A DNA stretch of 63,773 nucleotides, filler included, from Octopus bimaculoides (GCF_001194135.2; 5 parts of 4 records of this genome joined end to end with filler, not necessarily neighbours in it); one strand, 5' to 3'; positions 11,960 to 26,017 are shown, numbered from the whole stretch's first letter. The notes: a model not told the origin generated them from the sequence alone. Translations and numbers: made by a program.

Positions 11960-12300
11960 AATACGAAATACGAAAACATAGAATACGCACTTTATTTGCG
12001 AACAACGAAAGAAACAAATGGAAAACAAGACAAGTAACATAAAGAACGACCCTTCATCAGCTGTCGGCTGTTTATCTGCTCCACATTTCGAGCAATTACG
12101 ACAAGATGTATCTTCGAGAAAACAGTTACTCCCGCAAAGCAAAATAAAATTTGGGATTTGCGGAGGGTCAAAGTTGGTAACAAAAACAGGGCAGTGAAAA
12201 AAAAAACAGTAAGGGCTGCTAAGCCATAACGAGGTGAGGTGGCAAACGCTGGAGGAACAAGCTTTGACAGGAGAAAAGATAGGAGACACACACACATGTA
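11960..12300 (-). mobile_element. Penelope-like terminal-repeat relic
   Basis: Similar to 1380-1490; carries the permuted HHR and AATAAA near its 3' end. PLE identity inferred. Confidence 0.5.
12048..12169 (-). ncRNA. Non-circularly permuted hammerhead-like ribozyme, complete
   Basis: X GACCCU/AGGGUC; hairpin CCGCAAA/UUUGCGG; stem II GAGUAA/UUGCUC; IIIb CUGUUU/AAACAG; stem III UACAU/AUGUG; AUC^ site at 12105/12104; stem I UUGUCG/CGACAG; GAAA and CUGAUGA intact. Confidence 0.8.
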
Positions 12301-12739
12301 TAAATATATATATATATATATTTAATATTTTTGGATTAATGGGTATACGTCGATTAGGGTGTTGAAGTGTTGAGTTGAGCACTGGCATAGTTTGGGCTAC
12401 CTGGTGTCATCCGCAGTTGGGGTATATTTCGGTTGGATCTACTTCAGGAATTCCGCAGTGTTAGTTGAGATAATCGACCTCGGAGGAATTTGAACTCAGA
12501 ACGTAGCGACGGACAAAATACCTATTTCGTTATTGCCCACAAGGGGCTAAACATAGAGGGAACAAACAAGAACAGACGAACGGATTAAGTCGATCACATT
12601 TCAGAACCAAGATGTTTGATAAAAGCTAAATTATAATTTTTGCATGCAAGCTATATTTCCTGATATCACCCGTGGTGGCCAAATATATTTCCAAAGTAAC
12701 CTGTCATATGTTGTGTATCACTCTAGTATCTCTCTAAAA

Positions 12740-12945
12740 AATAGTCTCAAATTTTGGCACAAAGCCAGCATGTTTGGAGAGAGAGGCTAAGAGGATTGCA
12801 TCGACCCCAGTCCTCAATGTGTACTTATTTTATCAACCCCGAAAAGATAATGGGTAAAGTCAACCTCGGCGGAATTTGAACTGAGAACGTAGGGACGGAC
12901 GAAATGCCGCTAAGCCCGACGTATTAACGATTCAACCAGCTCGCG
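12740..12945 (-). mobile_element. SINE family B copy (another partial copy at about 12470-12530)
   Basis: GTCAACCTCGGCGGAATTTGAACTGAGAACGTAG...CCAGCTCGC is the reverse complement of the family B head. Confidence 0.8.
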
Positions 12946-13434
12946 ATATAAATATTGGATGGCTGGTTGGTTAATTACTCGTTACACTTTATATTGTATA
13001 GAGAGAGTGGGCGAGCAGCAGAGAGAAAGAAAGAGTTTAAGATAAATACAGAGAGGGAATTAACATACGCGATGCTAGATGAGTGCTCAATAACTTTCTG
13101 AAAAACATACAATTTTTAATTATTTCTGCCTTTTTGTTTTTTTATTCTTTTTTTCAACGGTAAGTTTCCGATGGAGTAGATAGCAATTATGTTGATAAAA
13201 TGTACAAAAATAATAACATATTTATTGCAAATATACACATGAGAAATGTGTTTTTATTTAATTTCATTTTAAGATAATAACCGTTTTGTATTGAAAATTA
13301 GTATCCATTTCATCATTTTGGTATAAATATCAAGAAGCTTGATAAAAACGAAATTGTAATTATTATACGCATTCCATATTTCATGATGGAAAAAGTATGC
13401 ATCAAAAGTTACCCGCTGTACACCGGGTGGTCTT

Positions 13435-14210
13435 CATCTTCTTCTAGTCAGGTGTCGCACTATGGGATGCTGTGGTCATCACGATGTCCTGCCACCTTCT
13501 CCTGTCCTCTACCCTATGGACAGCTGAGAATAAAGTCAATCCTGTGGCTGCGATGTCTTTCAGCCAAGAAGTGGGTGGTCTGCCTCTTTTATCGTCTGCC
13601 GTTCACCTTGCCAGTGATGATCGTTCGCTCAAGTCCATCCCGGCGCATGACGTGGCCAAAGAACCGTAGCTTCCGCTTCATAATGTTTCGCCGAAGCGTC
13701 ATCTCACAACCCAGCTTTTCTAGTACTCAGTTGTTCGTCCTTCTCTCCGTCCACGACACTCTAAGGAATCAGCGGTAACACCACATTTCAAAAGTGTTCA
13801 CTCTTTTCTCGTCTGCTTTCAGCATTGTCCAAGACTCACAGCCGTACGTCGCAATAGAGAAAGCGGCAGCCCGAAGTAGCCTTATTTTCAGCAGCATTGA
13901 CACGCCACGACTCTTCCAAATGTTCTCCATGTCTTGTACCGCTTGCCTCGCTATCGCGAGCCTTTTCCGTATCTCTGGTGTACTCGATCCACTGGTGCTG
14001 ATTGTGAATCCCAAGTACACAAAATCATCCACTTCCTCAATCATCTCTCCGCTCTACGGTGAAGTCAACTTGGTCTGTCCTGTACTTATCCGCCATTAAG
14101 ATCTTTGTCTTCTTTACATTCAGGAATAGGTCACTCGGTGCACTCATGTCTTTCACTTTGCGTATCATCTGCAGCAATTCGTCCTTGCTGTTACTTATGA
14201 GGGTGGTACT
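13435..14210 (-). mobile_element. RTE-clade LINE, 3' part (RT C-terminus and thumb), degenerate
   Basis: AADDT near 14170; EEVDDFVYLG..EIRKRLAIAR..KIRLL..YGCESWT..FEMWCYR*FLRVSWT.RRTN..KRKLRFFGHVMRRDGLER..GKVNGRR*RGRPPTSWLKDI. Confidence 0.9.
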
Positions 14211-14234
14211 CTAGTGTATATAATCATTTCTTTT

Positions 14235-14794
14235 ATAGGCGGGAGGCCTCAAATTTTGTAAGAGGGACGGGGTTAGTCGATTACATTGATCCTAGTGCTC
14301 AACTATACTTATGTTTATCGATCGCAAAAAGACGTAAGGGTAAGTCGACGTCGGTAGAATTTGATCTCAGAAAGTAAAGACGGATAAAATTCTGCTAAGT
14401 ATTTTGTTCGACGCACTAACGACTCTGCCAGCTCGCCGCCTTTAATCTCTTTATGATTAACTGGTATCTATTTTTATCGATCCCAAAATGATGAAAAGAA
14501 AAATTGACCTCTGCAGAATTTTATCTCAGGGCGCAAAAACGGAAGAAATGCCGTCAGAGCATTTTATCCGACGCCCCCAAATAATTCAATCAGCAAGCCA
14601 CCTTTAGTCTCCATATGATAATAGTTGATTACATCGACCCCAGTGCTCATCTGGTACTTATTTTTATCGATCCAGAAAGGATGAAAGGCAAAGTCGACCT
14701 CGGCAAAATTTTATCTCAAAACTAAAAGATGGAGAAATATTGCAAATCATTTTATAGACACCTGCTGACGATTCTGCCAGCTCTCCACCTTTAA
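14235..14794 (-). mobile_element. Three head-to-tail SINE family B copies
   Basis: Each has GTCGAC/TTGACC..GAATTT.ATCTCAG and ends in (G/A)CCTTTA; similar short linkers separate them. Confidence 0.8.
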
Positions 14795-15033
14795 CCCATT
14801 ACCTACCAGTGATCTCATATGAGATCACTTAAAAATTACAAATTTCGTAATTATCTGTCAATATTTACACATATCTAACCTTTTTGTTATATCTATTAGG
14901 TATATTTCTCTGATATTCAAATGAGGTTTGCTAATTTTTCACCCAATATCTCGCTTATTTCTATTTAAAATGTTATTTTGAAATGTTATTTTGATCATTC
15001 CAGCGTGTTAATAGAATTATGGGAGGTAATGGG
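14795..15033. mobile_element. piggyBac-type MITE with TTAA target duplication
   Basis: TTAA-CCCATTACCT...AGGTAATGGG-TTAA (TSDs 14791-14794 and 15034-15037). Confidence 0.85.
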
Positions 15034-15891
15034 TTAAACTCTGTATGATAATAGTCGATATAAATGTTTGTTGGTTGGGTTGTTGGTTGGTTGATTTCTC
15101 ATATGAGGGAGTATCATTCTATTCTATAATAAAGGACACATTACCTTGGTGGCAAAACTTTACTTCGAAAGTTACTTGTCATGACAGATGACTTCGAATG
15201 TTACCTATAATAAAGGACATACTGGATTATACAGAGTTAGATTAGCTGTCTGTTATAAAGTACAAGAAATTAATGCATGAAACACATTTAACCATAGGAC
15301 TTCCGGAACATTGTTGACAAAGATTATACACCATCAGGCATATACATTATCATAATTGCTTATTTCTTTCGATTAAGAATGACAACTTTTATAGATCGTA
15401 CAATGCAAATTCTTGTGTTCATCAGCTGACCTACGTAGGACCAAAGAGCTAGAAGCACACTGGTTGATTAATGACTAGAATCACGTGGTGTCTTCTTTAA
15501 TGAGTTTTCGTTGAAAACGTAGGAAAGCTTGGTTCTCTAATCCTCATTGAAAATCTATGCGGTTTCATATATTTTGATTAAAGAGCAACGTATGACTTCT
15601 TTCACCACCGTTACGCAGTTTATAAAGACCGCTTGTCATTCTAATAACAGAATCAATAGTTAATATATGGAGTAATGTTTAGGTCTAGATGTATATGCAT
15701 AAATATTCATATATATACGTACAAAGATGAATTACACATACACACACATAAACATATATACGGTGGAGAAACGCAGATAAAGTTATTCAACTGTTATTAT
15801 GTAAAGCGGTGTATTCCTGTGATAAGAATAAGCGATGTACATAGAGGTATATGTGTGTGCACGCACGCGCTTGTGTGAATGTGTTTGCGTG

Positions 15892-15926
<35 letters not shown>

Positions 15927-16614
15927 TTTTACATATATATACATATATACATATGCGTGTGTGTGTAGTTTATTTAAGTTGGCCCAGTGATCTATTGCTT
16001 TACACCATATTAAATAAACTACTGTACACCAATACTCCTGCGGATCGATACTCAGCGAAGCACACTCACACACAACTCTCTCTCTCTCTCAATCTCTTTC
16101 TCTCTCTCTCTCTCTCTCAATCTCTTCCTTCTCTCCCACTCACTTTCTCTCTCTCTCTCTCAATATATATATGTGTGTGTGTGTGCATATNNNNNNNNNN
16201 NNNNNNNNNNNNNNNNNNNNNNNNNNNNNNNNNNNNNNNNNNNNNNNNNNNNNNNNNNNNNNNNNNNNNNNNNNNNNNNNNNNNNNNNNNNNNNNNNNNN
16301 NNNNNNNNNNNNNNNNNNNNNNNNNNNNNNNNNNNNNNNNNNNNNNNNNNNNNNNNNNNNNNNNNNNNNNNNNNNNNNNNNNNNNNNNNNNNNNNNNNNN
16401 NNNNNNNNNNNNNNNNNNNNNNNNNNNNNNNNNNNNNNNNNNNNNNNNNNNNNNNNNNNNNNNNNNNNNNNNNNNNNNNNNNNNNNNNNNNNNNNNNNNN
16501 NNNNNNNNNNNNNNNNNNNNNNNNNNNNNNNNNNNNNNNNNNNNNNNNNNNNNNNNNNNNNNNNNNNNNNNNNNNNNNNNNNNNNNNNNNNTATATATAT
16601 GCATATATATATGC

Positions 16615-16669
<55 letters not shown>

Positions 16670-16773
16670 CATACATATACGTATATATACACACATGTGT
16701 GCTTATGCGTGTATATTAATTTGTGAGTGTGGTTGGTGCGTACGAGAGTCTTCATGTGAGTGTATGTGTGTGC

Positions 16774-16855
<82 letters not shown>

Positions 16856-17173
16856 ATGTATTTATGTATGTATGTATAATCTGACATTTAACTTCCGCTT
16901 TCAAGCTACATCCGAATACATCGGCCATGTTAGACTCTTAAACGGAGGTGTTTGTTCGTAAGCAGGCATTGGTTAACTGTTTGTTTATGTTCAGCAGTGT
17001 AATAAAGGTGATGCTGTAGAAATGTGGTAACAAGATGTTAGTCATTGGAAGAATGTGTAAACAAGTGAGAAATACATTCTGATTGGTTAACGTTTTCTGT
17101 CAATAATTGCTTTGCTTTGAATAGGCAAAGGGTTGCTTTTAGTCATTTATCGATTCTTATTGAATTTTTGGGA

Positions 17174-17247
<74 letters not shown>

Positions 17248-17270
17248 TGACAGATAGATATATAGATAGA

Positions 17271-17339
<69 letters not shown>

Positions 17340-17380
17340 GGATGGATGGATGGATAGATAAATGGATTAATATATATATA

Positions 17381-17430
<50 letters not shown>
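17174..17430. repeat. (GATA/GACA/GATG)n and (GT)n microsatellites
   Basis: Seen directly. Confidence 0.95.
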
Positions 17431-17431
<1 letters not shown>

Positions 17432-17446
17432 GTATGTATGTATATA

Positions 17447-18640
17447 CAGGGTGCGTAAAGTATTTGAGAACATACATTTTTGGGATCATTGCTGCATTTT
17501 TTGCTAACTCTGTATAATCTTTGTTTCAGAAGATAATGACGGCAGACCCTCAGCTTACTCAAGAAATGAAGGAGCTGTTATTGTGATTATAGAAGGATGA
17601 TAGTCGCGATTTAGAAATATCTCGATTTTTAAAGTTACCAGACCTTTCGTCTAAAAAGTGTGTAAGGTGCTAGAGACTGAAAATGGAAGCGTATCACCAG
17701 TATCAAAGCATAAAAAGCACTCTAAACGCTCTGAAATCATCAGAACACCTGAATTTATCCAGAAAGTTCAACAGACCATTGTTTACAATCCCAGAAATCC
17801 TTTGAGGCTAGTTGCAAAAGTTCTCCGTGTGTCAGAAGGAAGAGTCAGAAATGTTATCCACGATGACATCAGATACAAGTCGTATATGATGAGGAAAGGC
17901 CAATTTGTCAGAAAAGCAAATTTAAAATCGCTACATCAGATCTAAAAAGCTCTTAAACAAACTGAAATATCCAGCAGAAGAAGATTTGATTTGATTTTTC
18001 TCAAACGAGAAAAACTTCGACCAAGATCAATAAGTTAACAGAAGAAATGACAGATGGTTATGAGCAAACCCTTCTGAAATTCCAAGTGTTATGCATACAA
18101 AATTTCCTGCAATTGTCATAGTTTTAGGGGCTGTCAGCCGCCTACATTTAGGTCCTTTAAATAATTGTTAAACCTTGGATAGAGAGCGTATACAATGGAA
18201 GGCCATAAGTGTTTCAGTAAGGCTCTGCACTATCACATGGTTCTAGTAACACAGGAATGGATAGCTGAAAATGTTCATTATCACATAACCCCTAACATTT
18301 GGCATCCTAATTCCCCAGACCTCAAGCCATTGAACTATCACATACGGAACGTTGTTCAGAGAGAGAGGCGAATGCACACACCCATAACTCCAAAGATTCT
18401 TTGAAAGCTGCCATAGTCAGAGTAATGTCTAAAATGGACCAGGACCACTCGATTCGAGCATGGAGATGATTTAGATCTCGTATAGAAGCAGTTGTTGAAG
18501 CTGAAGGTGGCTTTATTGAATAACATTATAGAAAAGAAGGTTTATTTTTATCCTCATAGCGTCTTTTTGATAAATAAAGTTATTACCTGTTATTATATAT
18601 CTGTTTTCTATAAGCATAAAGGTGTCCTGAAATATCTTAC
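17447..18640 (+). mobile_element. Near full-length degenerate Tc1/mariner-superfamily transposon, maT (DD37D)-like; right TIR cut by a gap
   Basis: TA-CAGGGTG left end; interrupted transposase with RTPEFIQKVQQ, FFSNEKNFDQDQ*VNRRNDRW, VMHTKFPA, WHPNSPDLKPLNY; AAATATCTTAC before the gap resembles the inverted left TIR. Confidence 0.85.
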
Positions 18641-18854
18641 NNNNNNNNNNNNNNNNNNNNNNNNNNNNNNNNNNNNNNNNNNNNNNNNNNNNNNNNNNNN
18701 NNNNNNNNNNNNNNNNNNNNNNNNNNNNNNNNNNNNNNNNNNNNNNNNNNNNNNNNNNNNNNNNNNNNNNNNNNNNNNNNNNNNNNNNNNNNNNNNNNNN
18801 NNNNNTATATATTACATTCTACATAAAATATAAATATAAATATAAATTTACTTA

Positions 18855-19070
18855 TGCCATTGGCCTCTTTATCTCACTCTTATATGCTTAGCGAAATGTT
18901 TTGCGGTATTTCGTCTGCCGTTACATTCTGAGTTCAAATTCCACCGAGATCGACTTTGCCTTTCATCCTTTCGGGGTCGATAAATTAAGTACCAGTTGTG
19001 TACTCGGGTCGATCTAATCGGCTGGCCCCCTCCCCCAAAATTTCGGGACTTGTGCTTAGAGTACAAAAGG
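18855..19070 (+). mobile_element. SINE family B copy
   Basis: GAAATGTTTTGCGGTATTTCGTCTGCCGTTACATTCTGAGTTCAAATTCCACCGAGATCGACTTTGCC...TAAGTACCAG. Confidence 0.85.
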
Positions 19071-19394
19071 ATGTTCTGGGGAAGGTGGATTGGGCATTGT
19101 AGTTAGCAGGAGAAAAGTATAACGTTTCGGATATAGTCCTTCGTCGCGGATAGGCTCACTACTGAGAGGTGGGTGAAGAATACGGCTGTCGTTGCCATCG
19201 TTTTCATAGTTATTGTATAACACCAGGTCGGCTGTGATCGAGCAGACTTTATTCAAAGCTATTTCATCTGTGACTAACCTGTTTGTTTCAGGATTTTCTT
19301 TTTCTTACATTTTCTCTCAATTCGCAACGGACTCAGGAGCAGAATATCGAATGTGTATTTTTTATAAGACAGCAGTTGGTGATTTTAATATCGA

Positions 19395-19607
19395 TTTTTT
19401 TACTTGTTTCTGTCATTAAACTACGGCCATACTGGGGCACCGCCTTGAAGGATTTTTTAGTCGAATAGATCGATCCCAGTAAGTTTTGCTGAAATGCTAG
19501 GTTACGTGAACACAAACAAACCAACACCAGTTGTCAAGCAGTAGTGGGGTAAACATACATACAAAGACACGCACATAATATACATGTATATATGTCTATA
19601 CATACAC

Positions 19608-19647
<40 letters not shown>

Positions 19648-19835
19648 ACATGCATATGTGTGTGTGTGTGTGTGTGTGTGTGCCAACTTAGGTTTCTTTC
19701 AGTTTCCGTGTACTTAATTCACCACTCACAAGTCTTTGGTCGACTTGAGATTGCAATAGAAGAGACTTGCCCCGGGTGCCACGTGATAAGACTGAACACG
19801 GAACTGTGCGGCTGGAAAGCAAACTTCTTACCACA
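19395..19835 (-). mobile_element. SINE family A copy with internal (TA)/(TG) tract
   Basis: Tail at 19395-19560 and head part at 19680-19835 match 56640-57060. Confidence 0.75.
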
Positions 19836-20314
19836 CGAAGAAAGAGAAAGAGATAGAGAGAGATGAAGAGATGGAGAAATGGAGAGAGTGCGAGGAAAGT
19901 GAGGAGTAATTTATGTCTCTATTTCTCTGTCTCTCTCTGTCTCCCTTTCTCTCCTTATCTCTCTCTCCCTTTCTCTCTCACCCTCTCTCTTTCTCTCATT
20001 CTCTCTCTTCCCTTTTCTTTCTACCTGTTTGTCAAAGACATTTACCAGTCCCGAATTTAAAATGTTTCTGGAAATGTCAAATCAAAGAACTCAATTAATT
20101 ATTTACATCGTTTCGAAACAAAATCACTTTTCATTGCTTCCTTCATCAAATGCTGCTCTCCCCTCAAGCATCCCCTCATCTCCTTCCTCCCCTCCTCTCA
20201 CTCCCCCTCCTCCTTACTCTTACTCATCATCTTTTTTTCCTTTTTCCTCTTTCATCATTTCTTTCTTATTTCTTTACATCGCCCTCCGTTCCTTCTACAC
20301 CCCTCTCTCTCTCA

Positions 20315-20365
<51 letters not shown>

Positions 20366-20428
20366 GTCAGTTCTACTTTCCTACCTTCTTCCCTTCCTTT
20401 CTTCGATGCATTTTACTATTTATGCCAT

Positions 20429-20465
<37 letters not shown>

Positions 20466-23400
20466 ACTAGTGTAAACCTTAGACTTTAAGGTTGTTGACT
20501 CTGATTATATTGTTCTTTTTCTCTCTCCCTCCTCATTCTTTATCTCTCTCTCTCTCCCTCTCTCTCTCTCTATCTCTCTCTCTCTCTCTCTCTATCTCCC
20601 TCTCTCTATCTCTCTCTCAGCCTACGCTTACTCAAGCACACATACGTATACATATATGTATATATGTACGTATGTATATTTATATGTGTGTATGCATATT
20701 TGTATTTATGTATACATGCTTGTATGTATGTGTGTATGCTTATTTGTATGTATGTATGCATGTAAGTATGTATGTATGTATGTATGTATGTATGCATGCA
20801 TGTATGTATGTGCGCATTTATTTATGTATTAAGGTATGTGTGCATATACGTAACGATCTGGCTATGCAAATCTACTTATATATCTAGCTAACTACAAGGC
20901 TTTCTCTCTCACTCTCTCTCTTTCTCTTCCTTCTCTTTCTCCTCTTTCCCTCACACTCTCTCTTCCCATTTTTATTTTTACTTGCTAAAGCTGGAGAGTG
21001 ACCATCACAATGCACCACACACACATACACATATATATATATGTATATATATTAACACATACGCTTATATATATATATATATTATATATATAATATATAT
21101 ATATATATATACAGATATTATATTATGCATATACATTATATATATAGATNNNNNNNNNNNNNNNNNNNNNNNNNNNNNNNNNNNNNNNNNNNNNNNNNNN
21201 NNNNNNNNNNNNNNNNNNNNNNNNNNNNNNNNNNNNNNNNNNNNNNNNNNNNNNNNNNNNNNNNNNNNNNNNNNNNNNNNNNNNNNNNNNNNNNNNNNNN
21301 NNNNNNNNNNNNNNNNNNNNNNNNNNNNNNNNNNNNNNNNNNNNNNNNNNNNNNNNNNNNNNNNNNNNNNNNNNNNNNNNNNNNNNNNNNNNNNNNNNNN
21401 NNNNNNNNNNNNNNNNNNNNNNNNNNNNNNNNNNNNNNNNNNNNNNNNNNNNNNNNNNNNNNNNNNNNNNNNNNNNNNNNNNNNNNNNNNNNNNNNNNNN
21501 NNNNNNNNNNNNNNNNNNNNNNNNNNNNNNNNNNNNNNNNNNNNNNNNNNNNNNNNNNNNNNNNNNNNNNNNNNNNNNNNNNNNNNNNNNNNNNNNNNNN
21601 NNNNNNNNNNNNNNNNNNNNNNTGTATATATATATATATATATATACATATATATTTGTGTGTGTGTGTACATACAATCATACATACATACATACATACA
21701 TACATACATACATACATACATACATGCACATCACTGTGGCTGCCATTTTCTTTCTTTTTCTAGAGCTCAAACATTTGTTGCTTAATTCTTATTTGCAACT
21801 GTAACTTTTTTGTTAATTTTTGCTGTTTAAATTATTCTTACTGAAACACATTACGATGACGATTGTGATAATGATGGCAAACTATAATTTGTTGCTTTTC
21901 CATTTTACGTGCTTATATATATATTTTGTATACGTCATTGGTGTTGTTTTAGTTTTACTCACTAAAGTTAGTGTCAAGACCTACGGCTAGATGTCGCTGA
22001 TGTCAAACGATTAATTGCAAGATCAAACGGCGTGATCGTTGATATAAAAGAAAAAGAAAATAACACTTCAATAAAATATACGTCAGCTGAACGTCATTTT
22101 AGATGTTTCAAAATTTATATATCTGAGCGTGTGTCTACATTATAAACACCTGCATTTGTATACATCCGCGCACATTTTATGTATCATACGCATGTCCGTA
22201 CATGCGTAATATGCGCATATGTGATATATCATATATATATNNNNNNNNNNNNNNNNNNNNNNNNNNNNNNNNNNNNNNNNNNNNNNNNNNNNNNNNNNNN
22301 NNNNNNNNNNNNNNNNNNNNNNNNNNNNNNNNNNNNNNNNNNNNNNNNNNNNNNNNNNNNNNNNNNNNNNNNNNNNNNNNNNNNNNNNNNNNNNNNNNNN
22401 NNNNNNNNNNNNNNNNNNNNNNNNNNNNNNNNNNNNNNNNNNNNNNNNNNNNNNNNNNNNNNNNNNNNNNNNNNNNNNNNNNNNNNNNNNNNNNNNNNNN
22501 NNNNNNNNNNNNNNNNNNNNNNNNNNNNNNNNNNNNNNNNNNNNNNNNNNNNNNNNNNNNNNNNNNNNNNNNNNNNNNNNNNNNNNNNNNNNNNNNNNNN
22601 NNNNNNNNNNNNNNNNNNNNNNNNNNNNNNNNNNNNNNNNNNNNNNNNNNNNNNNNNNNNNNNNNNNNNNNNNNNNNNNNNNNNNNNNNNNNNNNNNNNN
22701 NNNNNNNNNNNNNNNNNNNNNNNNNNNNNNNNNNNNNNNNNNNNNNNNNNNNNNNNNNNNNNNNNNNNNNNNNNNNNNNNNNNNNNNNNNNNNNNNNNNN
22801 NNNNNNNNNNNNNNNNNNNNNNNNNNNNNNNNNNNNNNNNNNNNNNNNNNNNNNNNNNNNNNATATATATAAAATGTGTGTGTGTGTGGGGGGGGTGTTT
22901 GTGCGAGGGTTTGCATACATACGTACAAATGTTATGTATGTATTTACTTATGTATTCATGCGCATACACAAATATATGTCGGGCTTCTTTCAGATTTCGT
23001 CTACCAAATCCAATTACAGGGCTTTGGTATACCCGGGTCTATAGTAGAAGATATTTGTCCAAGGAACTGAACCCAGAAACATTTGGTTGGGTAACAAACT
23101 TCACGTCACCCAATGTATTTTTTTCATTTTTAAGGCATGTTATTTGGGTGAGATTTAACTGCTATTTCTAAAAGATTATTGATCACGAAAATGTTTTGTC
23201 ATTTAACTGAGTTTCAGTACTTCTTGTTGGCAGATGGAGTAGTGCTGTTATGAAAGACACTCATATAGTGACCCTCTCCTCTTTAACTCACAGATATATT
23301 ATCAAGAATAACATTATCCAATGAATCATTTTTTCCTTTTTTATTATGATATGATTTGTGAGAGATTTGGCTGTTGTTTCTAGCGAGTCGAACAATCCAA

Positions 23401-23945
23401 TAAATGTCCCTTTGTAGGCCTGTAAGAAGTTATGTTAAGTGATTGAGATCGTGGTAAGCTGTACTTATTGATTGAACGAGAATGGCATTAACCTGTTTCG
23501 ACATCACATAACGAGAATCTAATTCGTTGTGCAGGTAAGATGTTCGCTTTGCAACCACATGGTTTCGACTTCAAAACCACCATGCAACATCTTGGGCCAG
23601 GGTCTTCTTTTATTGCCCCGAGCTGACCAATGACTTGTGAGTGAATTTGATAGACGGAAACTGTGTGGAAGTCCGTCATATATGCGCGCGTGTTAGTGTC
23701 TGTGTTTCTCCAGCACGTACCGTCTCACAACAGGTGTTGGTTCGTTTAGGTCCCCGTAACATAGCGATTTCGGCAAAAGAGAACTGCTACAATAAGGACC
23801 GGACATAAAAATTGGCCCCGGCTTTATTTCTTTGACGTTCGACTAAACTATCCAAGAGGATGCTCCTTCATGGCCGCAGCCCAGGGACTGAAACAAGTGA
23901 ATGATAAACGATAAAAGATAAAAAAAATAAATCATACACAAGGAT

Positions 23946-24248
23946 ATAGGCGCAGGAGTGGCTGTGTGGTAAGTAGCTTGCTTACCAACCACATGGTTCC
24001 GGGTTCTGTCCCACTGCGTGGCATCTTGGACAAGTGTCTTCTACTATAGCCTCGGGCCGACCAAAGCTTTGTGAGTGGATTTGGTAGACGGAAACTGAAA
24101 GAACCCCGTCATATGTGTGTGTGTTTGTGTGACTGTGTTTGTCTCCCTAGCATTGCTTGACAACCGATGCTGGTGTGTTTATGTCCTCGTCACTTAGCGG
24201 TTCGGCAAAAGAGACCGATAGAATAAGTACTAGGCTTACAAAGAATAA
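23946..24248 (+). mobile_element. SINE family A, best-preserved head (older copy at about 23500-23900; fragments at 22975-23100, 29005-29180, 30400-30650, 32230-32420)
   Basis: TAGGCGCAGGAGTGGCTGTGTGGTAAG...GGTTCCGGGTTCTGTCCC with tRNA-like A/B boxes, then GGCAAAAGAGACCGATAGAATAAGTACT. Confidence 0.85.
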
Positions 24249-25468
24249 NNNNNNNNNNNNNNNNNNNNNNNNNNNNNNNNNNNNNNNNNNNNNNNNNNNN
24301 NNNNNNNNNNNNNNNNNNNNNNNNNNNNNNNNNNNNNNNNNNNNNNNNNNNNNNNNNNNNNNNNNNNNNNNNNNNNNNNNNNNNNNNNNNNNNNNNNNNN
24401 NNNNNNNNNNNNNNNNNNNNNNNNNNNNNNNNNNNNNNNNNNNNNNNNNNNNNNNNNNNNNNNNNNNNNNNNNNNNNNNNNNNNNNNNNNNNNNNNNNNN
24501 NNNNNNNNNNNNNNNNNNNNNNNNNNNNNNNNNNNNNNNNNNNNNNNNNNNNNNNNNNNNNNNNNNNNNNNNNNNNNNNNNNNNNNNNNNNNNNNNNNNN
24601 NNNNNNNNNNAAGGAAATGGTTTGAGTACATCAACCCCGGTAGGTTACCGATACTTTGTTTTACTGAGCCCCTCAAGGGAGGATGAGAGGCAAAGTTGAC
24701 TGACCACGGCGGAATTTGAACTAAGAATGTGAAGTGGAGGAACAAATATCGTGAAACGCTATGTAAAATATCTCCCGAAGCAGAACACCAAAATGTTTCC
24801 ATTCACCCTTGAAATAGTTTCCACCAAATATGTCTCTAGCGTATTTACGAGTTTGTTCGTCGACGAAGAATCATAAACAAACAAACAAAAAAGAAAAGCA
24901 TTACATCACTGTCGTAAATGATGTAACGGTGATACAGAAAGAAACTTTACAAGAGGAATATAAATGCTAGCATTTCAATATCCTTTTAATTCGTTTATAG
25001 AAGAAGGATCAATCGCAACCTATAGAAACCGAAACCTTACACATTGCAGAAATAACTGCAATAAATATTGCGAAACGAAAGGTTTTACAAAATCACAAAT
25101 ATTCTTGAAGTTAAATGGTAGCGACTCATGTCTGCTTCAATTAGCGGAAGTCGTTAAAACCATATTTCATAAATATGGGATATGTTCGTATTTTCACTAA
25201 TTAGTCATGGGAGAGACGTGTGTGTGTGTGTGTGTGTGCATACATATATACGTACATAGATACATGCATATATACGTACGTATATATATACGCTCCCACA
25301 TACATATACATACATATATAAGTGTACGTATATGTATGAGCGTATGTACATATATGTATATGTGTGTGTGTGTGTGTATGTGTGTGTGTATTCATACATA
25401 CATATATATATTCATATATAGATATATATATATATACATGTTCAAGCTTTGATTCTCATATACTTATA

Positions 25469-25501
<33 letters not shown>

Positions 25502-25948
25502 NNNNNNNNNNATATATATATATATATATATATATATACGTATGTGTATGTATGTATGTATATATATATATATACATATTCCATATGGTAAAACCAATAA
25601 CTCCTTGTACGTGTGCTCGTGTCAGCGATACATTCATTTTATTGTGCTTACCACAAAAATAAATCATCGATGCAAAACATTCCATTCATAGTGTCGATTC
25701 TGATAACAAATATGTGTGTATGCGTGTGTAACGAATTCTTCACAGTGTGTGTGTGTATGTAAATATGAATATGTGTGTGGTGTATGAGGCATGTTTGCGT
25801 ATTTGCGATGTCTTTCTACAGCGTATAAACGTGAATGTGAGGTTTTACGAGTGTGCATATCAGAGATGCCGTGTGTGTTTTAGACGGTCTGCGTGGTAGT
25901 CATATGAATCGCCTTCATCATTAAATGTAACATACTTTCGACTACAGT

Positions 25949-26017
<69 letters not shown>

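Noticed and set aside
13383-14099. Plus-strand ORFs of 65-131 aa
   Set aside because: Antisense to the RTE element.
21970-22143. 57-codon open frame CQDLRLDVADVKRLIARSNGVIVDIKEK
   Set aside because: No start codon, weak splice sites, no recognised homology.
23946-24015. tRNA gene
   Set aside because: A/B boxes continue into the SINE body and there is no full cloverleaf.
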